A DNA stretch of 63,840 nt, the filler included, from Pirum gemmata (Eukaryota), in assembly GCA_002812295.1 (NCBI GenBank). It is 23 parts of 23 records of this genome, joined end to end, with 100 filler letters (N's around TTAATTAATTAA, not from the genome) between each part and the next. Parts side by side here need not be neighbours in the genome. Positions count along the whole stretch, not along the records: positions 37,600 to 40,056 come from PDIN01006148.1; positions 40,157 to 42,592 come from PDIN01006149.1; positions 42,693 to 45,177 come from PDIN01006150.1; positions 45,278 to 47,705 come from PDIN01006151.1; positions 47,806 to 50,258 come from PDIN01006152.1; positions 50,359 to 52,842 come from PDIN01006153.1; 17 more parts are not named here. One strand, written 5' to 3'. The notes beneath the pieces were generated by a model. That model was not told the origin of the DNA. It made no database searches and saw nothing but the letters and a program-made list of their open reading frames with translations. Numbering within the stretch: position 1 is the stretch's first letter; the number at the start of each line of letters is the position of its first letter. Below, piece by piece: positions 38,308 to 50,683 of the stretch. The translations under genes were made by a program, and so were the position numbers.

Positions 38308-39497
38308 TTATATTGTATGTTCCTTACGTGGTGCGATACTTCCCATATAATGTTTAACAAAACAGCTATGTAAAATTTTGACCAGCTCTCAATTTACAAT
38401 GAAATGTGCCATTCCAATACAGGGCAAAAGTACCACAATCAAATTTAATAATTCCGATAATATTATTACCTGTGTTTTTTTAAATATTACTCTAGAATTG
38501 GAACAATCAATTTTTATAGGATAGAAAAATAGTTATTAGCCTTGTGAATTACAAAACGTATAATTTGTTTATAAGGCGACCTTTCTTTCTCCTTAAAATT
38601 TTTCAATCATTGCTATGGTATTTTGATTATTTAAAATGTACAGCCTTTATTTCTGTTGAGATGCCTTATCGAAGCAAAAAACGAACGCTTACAAAAGAGT
38701 AGCTACCATTTCATATTCCCTCTTTTAATTATTGTGAAATAAGAAATTGGGTAAATTTAAAAAATCAACTGCAATGAAGAATAAGAATTTTTAAAAGCTA
38801 TTTATGACATTTATTGTAATCTTTTTGTTAATAGAAAACCAAAAAATGTTTATACTTAACAAGACGAACTTCTAATTCTATACACAAAAATATAAAAAAT
38901 CCTCCCAAGATCGTCCAAAAAGACAACCCGATCGGTGATTTTAGGCAAGGATTTAGAATTAAGGCTAAATACTTGTAAAAAATATTTTTGTTCTTAACAA
39001 ATAATAAATAAATTTTTCAATTTCAGACACTACAATTTCATTCCTTTACAGCTTTACTTCCAGCAATTGGCATAGCTTTTACCTTCAAAAAGAGAAAATT
39101 TCAGAACAAAGACACCAACAATCAAACAAATTGTTCAAATTGTAAGCTGAACAGTTGGAATTTACAGGAATCAATAGTATGTATACCAAAAATACTCATA
39201 CCCTGCCATTTTTAACGAAATACCCAAAAGACTTTCAAATGACATTAATGTATATTACAAAAAAAGCAGTAAGTCATAAAGTAAAAGAATAACAAAGAAT
39301 TGCGAGGAAATTCCCTAAGAATGATTGATAGAGTGGTATCAATATCAGGTATAGGCAAAAATAAGCAGTGAGGCTAAGTGTAGTTCAGGTAACCAGAATA
39401 AACACTAAAAAAATAAACGACTATTTACATCCCGTTAACAAAGAGACAAGCCGCAATATATTATAAAATAAGAATAGGAACAATCTTCGCTGGATAA

Positions 39498-39647
39498 TCA
39501 TAAGTTATCTGGTCGATGGATTGATGGGTGAGCACTTTCAGGCAATGGCATTTTGTTATCTTCCATAAACCCACGTTTATGTGCATAGCTGGCTGTTTCG
39601 TAAGAATGATCATAATCCATACCTGACATATATAGCGGTTGATATTC
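39498..39647 (-). CDS. Probable terminal exon of an unknown gene
   Basis: CAG acceptor followed by 49 open codons (EYQPLYMSGMDYDHSYETASYAHKRGFMED...PDNL) and TGA. Confidence 0.4.
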   Translation of the reverse strand, partial: EYQPLYMSGMDYDHSYETASYAHKRGFMEDNKMPLPESAHPSIHRPDNL

Positions 39648-39920
39648 CTGTATTGGAAAAATAAGTTAGTAATTAGCAATAAAGTGGATAGATTAAAGCT
39701 TTTGGTTTGAAATACTTAAAACAAGTTCAAAATAAACAAAAAATATTTGGTAATTTGGTGAACAAACGAAATAATATATAAATCGAAATTTGAATTTGAA
39801 TAAATACAAACAGACTGTCATGGTTAACATTATCACTTGTAAATATTAATATCATTATCATTTTTATCTTCATTTTCATTTTTGGTTTGGCTGTCGCTGT
39901 GGATAATAATAATGATGATA

Positions 39921-39955
<35 letters not shown>

Positions 39956-40237
39956 GAATAAACACTAAAAAAATAAACGACTATTTACATCCCGTTAACA
40001 AAGAGACAAGCCGCAATATATTATAAAATAAGAATAGGAACAATCTTCGCTGGATANNNNNNNNNNNNNNNNNNNNNNNNNNNNNNNNNNNNNNNNNNNN
40101 TTAATTAATTAANNNNNNNNNNNNNNNNNNNNNNNNNNNNNNNNNNNNNNNNNNNNTAATAATAAGAATAATAAGAACAATAATAATAGTAGTAGTAGTA
40201 ATGATCGCAATAATAATCATCATAATAATAAGCATAC

Positions 40238-40376
40238 AAGCAGCGATCTCGTCTACAGCTTGATCACTTTTCTTATTTTTTAAAGCAAATAAAGCACGAA
40301 ATCTTCTGTGTAAAGGTAAGTTGACATTTTTCAAATTTTCGCCCAATTGTTTGGTGTTATCTTCAGCAGTAGTCAT
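40238..40376 (-). CDS. DOHH: Deoxyhypusine hydroxylase, first exon
   Basis: MTTAED...LPLHRRFRALFALKN...AVDEIAA matches the DOHH/Lia1 N-terminal PL..RFRALF.L motif; a GTATGC donor follows. Confidence 0.8.
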
Positions 40377-40504
40377 ATTGGTTGGTTGTGTGTGTGTAAG
40401 TTATTGCAAATATTAATTGTTTGATAAATTGAAACTACAATATTATTGATAAACAATATTGACAATAATAATAATAATAATAATAATAACAATTAATAAC
40501 AATG

Positions 40505-40538
<34 letters not shown>

Positions 40539-41916
40539 GAATAAGAATAAGAATAACAATAACAATAACAATAATAACAATAACAATAATAACAATAACA
40601 ATAATAATAATAATTATCATAATAATAATGATGATAATGATAATAATGATGACGATAATGATTGATGTTCTCTGCAAGCTTTATTTAGAAATTATGCACA
40701 CAGCAAAAAAAAAAAAAAGACAGACCAATTTCAATTTCCTATGATCGAAAAATCGAACCAAGGTATTTAATAATATTGAATAATATCGGAAATATTTTCG
40801 AATTAAAAGTTGGTTGGCTTCAGCCCTCAATTTTCTCCATGTGCTTTTTTGGGTACCAATCCCGAAAATATTCGGGAAAGCGGGCGAGGAAATGCGCTTT
40901 AGAAATCCAAAAACTACGTACGCTGGAGCCTGGAGTAGAGCTATAGTAGACTGACTAATCGACATCAGATAACTCTATGAGTCTAATAATAGTAGTGGTG
41001 GTAGTATCATAGTAATAGTATCAATAATAGAAAATTTAATAGCAATAGTAATAGTAATAGTAATAGTAATAGTAATAGTAATAGTAATTATAACAATTAT
41101 TTATATATCTGATAATGCCTTCAGTGGAAGCTATACTACTCTGGTCAGTCTAGTAGTCTTAGTAATGTGCTTTTCAGTAGTTGTTTTGTCATCATAAAAT
41201 ATACAATAAAGAGTACCAATTAATTGCAAATTAATTAATACAATATATATCCATTTCATTTAAAATTTGGTATATTTTGTTATTCATTTATTCATTTAAT
41301 TATAACAATGGCAAAATAAATGAAAAGCGCTATTAATATATCATAATAATATTATGATACATATTCTATAGCATATTCTATAGCGCTTTTAATTTATTTT
41401 GTCACTCCGAACATTTATTTGGTAGGGTTAGGGTTTGGTTAGTTAGGGTTAACGTCAGGGTTGGTGTTTTAAAAAAAAGGTTAGGGTTGAGGTTTAAGGT
41501 TTTAACGTTATTATACATTACCAAAAGTCATAATTATAAAAATAGTTATTGCTCCAAATCGCTACAAGCTATATATGGGGTTGTTAGAGGGGTTTAGAGT
41601 TAGAGTTAGGGTTGGTAGGGTTAGAGTTGTTAAGGGGTAGGGTTATTACAATTAGGGTTAGGGATGTTAAATAGGGCTTGGTTCGGGTTAGGGATTAAGG
41701 TAAGTAAGGTTACGGTTATGGTTAGGGTTGGGACTCGGGAGCGTAGCTATAGCGTTAGAGTTAGAGCTTAGGATTACGGTTAGGGGTAGTTGGGGTTAGG
41801 GTAATAAGGGTTTGGGTTATGTCTACTCTTGCTAGAGCAAGGTGCCCGAGACTTGCCTGAGGCTGCAAAACAAAAGAATTATTCTTGAAAAATCCTTGAC
41901 AGCTATACTAGCTAGC

Positions 41917-42146
41917 AGTAGGGGTGAGATATCTACTGGAACTTTTTTCGAACATATGCTTATCGAGCCAACCTTAGTTCCATGTTTCTTACTAATAATA
42001 GCAGTTTAATAGCTTAAAATAGTAAATCTAATTATAACAGATACCAATTAAAGTAATAATATTACCATTAATAGTAATAAAAACATAATCGGAAAAGTTC
42101 CGACAGCTGTTCGGTAATTATAAAATGACGTCATCTCACCCCTACT
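41917..42146. mobile_element. ~230-bp MITE, family E (TIR AGTAGGGGTGAGAT...ATCTCACCCCTACT)
   Basis: Perfect 14-bp TIR. Truncated copy at 54223-54286; related ends at ~22156-22374 and ~18560-18580. Confidence 0.8.
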
Positions 42147-42732
42147 CAGCTAGCCTACTGTTACATTCCCCTAGTTACATTCCCTCTAAATCTTTAATTT
42201 GGTACTGTTTAAGCGTTTGATTGAGCTTGTTTATAAAATAAAATATTAATTATAACATACCAAATTAATTAAAAAATGTCCGATAATAATAATTTGGTAC
42301 GTTTATTTCAGTTTTTGAACTGAACAACAAGATTGAAAAACATGATTCATGTTTTTTAAAAGGAACATTAATTAATGACGTCACTTTTTGAATAATTTTT
42401 TCTAGATTGCCACTTTAATAGCTTAGATTGAAATATGAAAGCTTATAATTTTCATCTGATAGGGTTAGAAGGTGGGGAGGGTCTATGGTATTAATGATGA
42501 CGTCATTTAAAATGTTCTAAATACACTAAATACCTTACCCTAACCCTAACCCTAACTAAGTCCCTAACCCTAACCCTAACCCTAACCCTAACNNNNNNNN
42601 NNNNNNNNNNNNNNNNNNNNNNNNNNNNNNNNNNNNTTAATTAATTAANNNNNNNNNNNNNNNNNNNNNNNNNNNNNNNNNNNNNNNNNNNNTCTTGTTT
42701 GAAGATACTGTTGGTTGTGTGTGTATGTGTGT

Positions 42733-42810
<78 letters not shown>

Positions 42811-43539
42811 TGTGTGTGTGTGTGTTTACAAATATTTTTTTAACTACAAGTCCGATAAAAATAACCACATCCACTATACGAGCTCAAAATCAAAAAAATC
42901 TTAAAATGATCCAATTTGAATAAAAGTACTACCAAATTTTGAGAAATTGTCTAGCTAATAAAACACTATTATGAGCCCATAGCGAATTTTTAAAAAATAT
43001 TTGGCTAATTATAATTAAAGATTTTTAAAAAAGAAGTCTTTCTACAATTTTATCCAGTTTGGCTAACTTTTGGCTATGATATTAAAAAATAAATAAATGG
43101 AGAGTTCAAATAATACGTCACGTCAAGGGGTGGGTAGGTAGGTGGTATTTGACCGGAAATTAACGTCGAGGGGAGCATAGGTAGGGGTATTTGAAGCTGT
43201 ATTTGACCGGAAAAGTTTGGAAATACCAGGAAGTTACTGTTATGCAATTTTCAACCAATAATTATTCAATAATTCGAAAATAGATTTGAAAATTAAATTT
43301 TTTTTCTATAGATAGAAATATAGATAACCTTTTATGGTAAATAAATATTATCGTTACTATACATGGTATGCTACTAGGTGGTTGATGAGTCACGTATTCC
43401 TGTTAATTGTTGCTGATTATTGTTGCTGATTATTGTTGCTGTTAGAATAATTGCTTTGCTGTTAAAATGTTCAAAATGAATCACACAAAAGTAAAGTTGT
43501 TTGAAATTCTTGAATGAAAGCAGATTTTATTATTATTAA

Positions 43540-43588
<49 letters not shown>

Positions 43589-43596
43589 GTTGTTGT

Positions 43597-45175
43597 TGTT
43601 GAACTACTAGTGAAAACAAGCTATATTCAAACAAAAATGTATTATAAGCAACCTAGCAAAACAACAAATTGAAGGAAAAACATCCACACCTACTACTCCC
43701 CAGTAATATCTAAAGATGCCATACGTACAACTATATCGCTAGCCATACATGACAAAGATGACCTCACGTTCTATGACATGACCAGTGCTTTATTCAATGT
43801 CGGCTCCCAAATAAGAAGTACATACATGTACCCCAAAGCATGCATCTTGTTATGCATCTACTACCACCAGCTCAACAACAACTGCTACGGGCACATCATG
43901 ACAAAACCAACACTACTAAATGTGTCATACAGGTTGGTGTGGCCATGTATGGTTGCAATTGGTTGGCAGGAAAGTGCCCAAATCTACTACCAGCACATCA
44001 AAGCATTTCTGGAACAACACGACTTTCATGAAAGCACACTGGAGTCATGTCTATTTCTTCACAACAGCAATGACACGCGACTAATGATATTTATTGATGA
44101 TTACATTCTCAAAGGAAACGATCAAACAATATTAATCATCAAACAACTACAACAACGCTTCCCACTCAATCAGCAAACAGGCGACATAACTATAATCGGA
44201 ATACAGATACACCGAACTGACTATCACACTATTCTCCATCAACAACAGTACATCGAAACTATCCAACGCAAACATCAAATAGTACACAATATCCGCGCTA
44301 CCACACCAATACCAGTAAAAAATAACATCAAAGATCATCATCATGATCCAACGGTGTCAAAACTGAATGAACACCAACGCAAACTATACGAAACCTATAT
44401 CGGAATAATACGGTTTCTGGCTGACACGAGTAGGCCGGATCTAGCATATGCAGCACACAGATTAGCGCAATACGTCAAACAACCGTACCAACCTCATGCA
44501 CGGCTAGCAGAACGAACACTACAATATGCAATTAATACCAAACAATGGGGACTATACTACACACATCAAACAACTGATCAACCGATAATACAATGTCATG
44601 CTCACTCTGATAGTTCTCTGGCGGATGTATACCCAGCTAAAACTACATGTGGTTATTTAGTCACAACATACAGTCATGTAACATCATGGGCTGCTCATAA
44701 CAGTGAACACACTATACACAGCAGCACGGAAGCGGAAATAGTATCGGCTGATTACTGTATAATGCGTACTCAATACATCAAATCACTACAAAAACTACTT
44801 CAACATCACGCAACCACTACCCCATTACCAATTACAATATACGTAGACAATGACGCGGCTCGTGTTATAGCAATGCAACAAACATCACCCAGAAGGGTCA
44901 GGCACATGGATATCAAATACTTTTATATCAAAGAAAAAGTCAACAACAACGAGTATACCATTCAAAATATCAATGGTTTGGAAAACCCCAGTGATCTATT
45001 GACCAAACCAATTCCTGCTCAACGACATATCAGATTAATGAACACCTTCATGCGGCCCCTGAATACCCTAAATCCCCGGGCCCAATCATGTTGAACTACT
45101 AGTGAAAACAAGCTATATGCAAACAAAAATGTATATAAGCAACCTAGCAAAACAACAAATTGAAGGAAAAACATC
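43597..45175 (+). mobile_element. Ty1/Copia RT-RNase H fragment between 88/87-bp direct repeats
   Basis: Direct repeats at 43597-43684 and 45089-45175 start TGTTG and end AAACATC; the internal part is only RT + RNase H. Confidence 0.75.
43685..45094 (+). pseudogene. Ty1/Copia reverse transcriptase (RVT_2) + RNase H, 5'-truncated
   Basis: Motifs YSPVI...IR, D(M)TSAL, FIDD, SRPDLAYA, HSDSS, SSTEAE, VDNDAA, RHMDIKYFYIKE and NPSDLLTKP. Confidence 0.9.
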
Positions 45176-45397
45176 TTNNNNNNNNNNNNNNNNNNNNNNN
45201 NNNNNNNNNNNNNNNNNNNNNTTAATTAATTAANNNNNNNNNNNNNNNNNNNNNNNNNNNNNNNNNNNNNNNNNNNNACTACTACTACTACTACTACCAC
45301 TACTATTACTATTACTATTATTTTTTATAATTGACAATAGCAGACAACAGCAATAATAATAATAATAATAATAAAATGATAATTAAAAAGTGAATAC

Positions 45398-46059
45398 CTT
45401 GTTGGCTAACTAACCCGCTTATTGAAACTTGCAGAAAATACCTCAAAGCAGAAGAATCAAGATCAGCTAAATTAACAATCAATTGGTTATCGTTTAAGTT
45501 TGGGAACATAGACTTCTCGTCTAATAGATAAGGATCCAATAAGCTAAAAACTCCACTTTTCTCAAGGCCAGTTAATTTATTATTTAAGCACCTTAATAAT
45601 GGTTCGTCAATAATATTCTCCGTAAAACAAAAGTTAATATATAATGCGTACAAACAACGCAAATACGACAGATCAACATTCCAATCTCTATTGTATTTAG
45701 TATTTTAAAGTTAGGGTAAGTGTTGGTGTTGGTGTTGGTGTTGGTGTTAGGTCAACAAAGTATTGTGCTATTCATTTACTTTGTCACTCTGAATAGTTAT
45801 GCATATTTATTTGGTGGATTATAATCTTTAAATTGACATTTTTAAACGACCAGATTAAATAAAATGGTTTTATATTGTATTAATTTGGTACTCTTTATTG
45901 TATATTTTATTATGACAAAATAACTGCAAAGCACTATAAATATGAAAGGTCAAATTTTAACCTCTATTGTGTTTCGTGTTTATAGAAAAAGAATTATCTT
46001 CACAAAAACCTTCACAATTCTATATCCGAATACTAATTAATAATAAATGTCAATAGAAT

Positions 46060-46110
<51 letters not shown>

Positions 46111-46617
46111 CACTACTATTACTATTACTATTATTTTTTATAATTGACAATAGCAAAGCTAACAACAATGATAAAAATAATGTTTCTCACGAATTTACCT
46201 GATCGGGTAGGTCCTAATATAATAATTATCAAAGGCAACAGAAAGTATTTCTTTGGTGATTTGGGCTCCATGGTTAAGAAGAACACGAAGGAATTGATCA
46301 TTTCCTTTTTTAGCTACTGCATACAACGCTGTGTGACCATTATCATCAAGACTTTCAGTACCAACTCCATGTTGGAGCAGAGCCTTAAAGTGTGCGTATG
46401 CAGTATGACCAATGTTAATGGCTTTGTGTAACAACCTAGAATTATCTTCTAGTTCATCTTTATTGGCATTTACCTTAGTATTTAATAAGGCTTGAAAACA
46501 ATTAAAATGGTGTACAAACTGTTCTATTTGCTTGTTCAACGAAAGTTCTTTGCACTCGTTACAAACTTTGGGAGTAAATCCTTCATCAGAAACATTTTCA
46601 TTATCGGTCACACTCAT
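45398..46617 (-). CDS. Ankyrin-repeat protein, first two exons
   Basis: Exon 46617-46199 has LLHKAINIGH and DDNGHTALYAVAKKGNDQFLRVLLNHGA. An in-phase GT-AG join leads to exon 45687-45398, and the intron carries a family A MITE. Confidence 0.8.
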
Positions 46618-46863
46618 TTCTAGCTACTAACTAGTACACGGAATAACGAGATAAGTAATTTTAATGTTACTGTTTATATAATTGTTTTTATTGTTAAGAA
46701 CTAGATAATATTTTTTTAAAAATATATATTTCTAATGCTAGGAACGACCCTTTACATTTCTAATGTTACGTGTGAGGAAGATTTATTCATTTATTTATTC
46801 ATTTATTTATTCATTTTATTTATTCGTTAAATCAATCATTTATTTATTTATTCATTTATTCAT

Positions 46864-46898
<35 letters not shown>

Positions 46899-47332
46899 TT
46901 TGTTTGTTTGTTTGTTTGTTTGTTTGTTTGTTTTGTTTTGTTTGTTTGTTTGTTTGTTTGTTTATGATAATCATAATAGATCTCGATAATAATATAATTA
47001 ATAATGATAGCATTATTATTTATTAAAAAAAATACGAATAGAAAAACATTTTTCTTCCATGTTTTCTAGTAGTGTTTTCTAGCTAGATGTTTTACTGGCT
47101 AGTTACTGGTAGTCCACCTTTAATTATTTATTTGGTATCATTTTTTAACATAATAACAGTATAATAATATATAAAAAGCATACCAAAATAATTAAAATGG
47201 GTCCGTCAAAAAATAATTGGGTATTTGGTTATTACACTATTTTGAGGACGTGTGGGTTCATTGTGTTTGTTAGAGGGAAAATTGGATTACGTCACGAATC
47301 ATTTCTTGGATTGTGTTGTTTGTTGTTGCAAC

Positions 47333-47403
<71 letters not shown>

Positions 47404-47565
47404 AACGTTAGTTAACGTTAACGTTGTTATTATTAATTAATGTTAACGTTAACTGTTGTTTTGTTTGCTGTTAATGTTATGGTTAACGAAATATAATGCT
47501 GCTGCTGCTGTTGTTGTTGTTGTTGTTGTACATATGTGTATGTTGTTTTTGTTAATTGTTGTTGT

Positions 47566-47599
<34 letters not shown>

Positions 47600-48085
47600 G
47601 TTTGTTGTTGTTGTTTGTTGTTGTTGTTGTTGTTGTTGTTGCTGTTGTTGTTGTTGTTATTATTATTGTTGTTATTATTGTTGTTGTTGTTGTTGTTGTT
47701 GTTGTNNNNNNNNNNNNNNNNNNNNNNNNNNNNNNNNNNNNNNNNNNNNTTAATTAATTAANNNNNNNNNNNNNNNNNNNNNNNNNNNNNNNNNNNNNNN
47801 NNNNNGTTATGGTTATGGTTATGGTTATGGTTATAGTGATGATGGTTATGGTTATTATTATGTATTTACGGTTTATATTTAACCTTCCTGTTCTTTTCCT
47901 TGGTACCGCTACTTTTGCTCTCGTAACAGGGAAGCTATATTGACCCCGAAACCAGAAGAGTTTATAGAATCAATGAAATGGATGAAGGGTTGCTGTGAAA
48001 AATTAGGTTATGGTTATTTATTGCTTATTCGTATTTTTTACATTAATTATTGTATATGATATTAGTATTAAGGTATTAGTAATTT

Positions 48086-48124
<39 letters not shown>

Positions 48125-48131
48125 TTTTTTT

Positions 48132-48167
<36 letters not shown>

Positions 48168-48968
48168 TAGCTATGCTGGCTAAAATTTTTTAAATCTTTT
48201 TTTTGTTTTAAACCGAGACTTTCAATTTGATCGCGAGGGTACTAATGATAGTAAAATATGATAACCATATTGTTACTGGACTGTGTGTAACATTATGTAA
48301 GAGTGATTAGTCAATTTAAATGGATTCTAATTAATTCAAATGTGGTGCGTCCAACACAGGGGCTTTTGTTAATCTTCTTAACTTCAAATTGGTTTTAAAA
48401 AAATTAATAAGTAAATGACTAAAAATGCCAAGTAGTTTTTCTTTCCATTTTAAGAGAACTAGATAGCCGTGACTAGGGGTAGAGGGGTTTCCTTGTCAGT
48501 ATCCGTGCATTGTATGTCAATAATAATCCCAAAAGAGGTATGTGAGTTAAGAGAAATTTTGAAATAAAGCTGGTTACCGAGTTTCAGCACTGAGTTTGCA
48601 AATGATGCTATTAATTAAGTGTTGTTATTTTAAACTATTCCCTCAAAAATACAAGGTAAAAAGGGTAGTAAAATGGTAGTTTATTTGTAAGAACTATTAA
48701 TTGCCCATTTTCAATTGCTTTGTTTCCATAATTATAATAGCCAAATTACAGCTTAGCCCTAATTATCATAACTACAACCTCGTATAGAGCCATCTATGTA
48801 AAAAAAAAATAATAATAATGACAAAATGTGTGCAATAAAAAATGAAAAAATGAAATTGCTTTTTGACAAAGAGTTATTTGTTTTTGTTTTTGCTAGTCTA
48901 TGATAAACTAGAGTCTATGAAACTATGATATCATAGAAAAAGCCTAGCTAGTAGTACTCTAGTAGTAG

Positions 48969-49129
48969 GGGAACATTCATTAATGACGTCATCATAGAAG
49001 CACCACAAACCCCCTTCTGCCGTATCATATGAAAATTCTAAGCTTTCAGATTGCGATATAAGCCATTAAATTGGCAATCTAGAAAAAAGGTATTTTCAAA
49101 AAAAAGTGTCGTTATTAATGAATGTTCCC
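48969..49129. mobile_element. 161-bp MITE, family D (TIR GGGAACATTCATTAAT...ATTAATGAATGTTCCC), Tourist/Harbinger-like ends
   Basis: Perfect 16-bp TIR; diverged reverse copy at ~42361-42518. Confidence 0.8.
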
Positions 49130-49504
49130 AGGTGTAGCGACAAAGTAGCGACAATCAAATTATTTTAACTTATACGTATATATTGATAGTACCAAGGATT
49201 TTTTTCTTGAAGCCCTTGCTTATACCAAAGTATTATGAAACAAGGCAACAAACTACAACTTTTATTAATAACAGCTGAAACCAACCTACTGCTCCTGGAG
49301 AATTAAAACCATCATTTTCTAAAAATCCTTGATAAAATAATATTATCTATTCTAGAATCAAGTTCTTTCACTCGAAACTTTTTTTGATGTTTTCGAGCCA
49401 TCAAATAATAAAAAAAAAATTCGAGTGGTGCAGTGCAACCCACAAAGTCATTGTCTGGGGGGAGGGGGGAGGGGCGGACCAGAACAATGACCCTTACATT
49501 ATGT

Positions 49505-50130
49505 TTTTGTTGTTCTTGCCGTTCTTGTTGTTCTTGTTGTTCTTGCTGTTCTTGCTGTTCTTGTTGTTCTTGTTGTCAAAAGAAAAAAGAAAAAAGAGAA
49601 ATATTGGTCTTTACGTATACGTTCTACTAACACCAACTTGTGGTTCTTGAGGAAGTGTTAGTATTACGCAATATAGTAATTTCCCCGAATTCTGTTTTTT
49701 TGGCAGTTGTTGTTGTTCTTGCTGTTGTTCTTGTTGTTCTTGTTGTTCTTGTTGTTCTTGTTGTTCTTGCTGTCAAAAGAAAAAAGAGAAATATTGGTCT
49801 TTACGTTCTACTAACACCAACTCGTGGTTCTTGAGGAAGTGTTAGTAGTACGCAATATGTAATTTCCCCGAATTCTGTTTTTTTGGCAGTTGTTGCAGTT
49901 GTTGCTGTTCTTGCTGCTGTTGTTGCTGTTCTTGCTGTTCTTGCTGTTCTTGTTGTTCTTGCTGTCAAAAGAAAAAAGAAAAAAGAGAAATATTGGTCTT
50001 TACGTTCTACTAACACCAAATCTTGGTTCTTGAGGAAGTGTTAGTAGTACGCAATATAGTAATTTCCCCGAATTCAGTTTTTTTGGCATTTGTTGTTGTT
50101 CTTGCTGTTGCTGCTGCTGTTCTTGCTGTT
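49505..50130. repeat. Three tandem ~195-bp units, each a conserved core plus a (GTTCTTGCT/GTT)n tract
   Basis: Units start at 49575, 49772 and 49964. Confidence 0.9.
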
Positions 50131-50423
50131 ATTGGTGTTATTGGTGTTATTGGTGTTGTTGTTGTTATTTTTATTGTTATTATTGTTATTATTGTTATTA
50201 TTGTTATTATTGTTATTGTTATTGTTGTTATTATTATTGTTGTTGTTGTTGTTGTTGTNNNNNNNNNNNNNNNNNNNNNNNNNNNNNNNNNNNNNNNNNN
50301 NNTTAATTAATTAANNNNNNNNNNNNNNNNNNNNNNNNNNNNNNNNNNNNNNNNNNNNTTTTGTTGTTTTATTTAACATTTGTAATTAGGCTTAGTATTA
50401 ACAACGTTAAATATACATAAAAG

Positions 50424-50528
50424 GGAATGGAGGCCATCGAGACACTAAATCCAGAAGTATACCACAAATATCAAAAAGCTTATAAGAATACAATTTGTGG
50501 ACGTCACCCCATTGCTGTTTTAATCAAT
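50424..50528 (+). CDS. MEMO1: MEMO1 (AmmeMemoRadiSam protein B family) internal exon
   Basis: GMEAIETLNPEVYHKYQKAYKNTICGRHPIAVLIN carries the NTICGRHPI signature and is AG/GT bounded. Confidence 0.85.
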
Positions 50529-50561
50529 GTACTGGTTCATTTTTTCAATTATTACTATTAC

Positions 50562-50592
<31 letters not shown>

Positions 50593-50683
50593 GTTATTGT
50601 TATTATTATTATTATTATTATTATTGTTGTTGTTGTTGTTACTGTTGTTGTAAAATGTATTCTAATTCTCTATCTTTTTTCAG

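Noticed and set aside
39955..40056. Exact 102-bp duplicate of 39395-39496
   Set aside because: It lies at the contig end after a microsatellite and is most likely an assembly artefact. Similar end duplicates are 32439-32500 vs ~32750-32820 and 45278-45342 vs ~46075-46155.
39498..40376. Joining DOHH exon 1 to the 39647-39498 exon
   Set aside because: They are separated by a linker and the second exon has no DOHH motifs.
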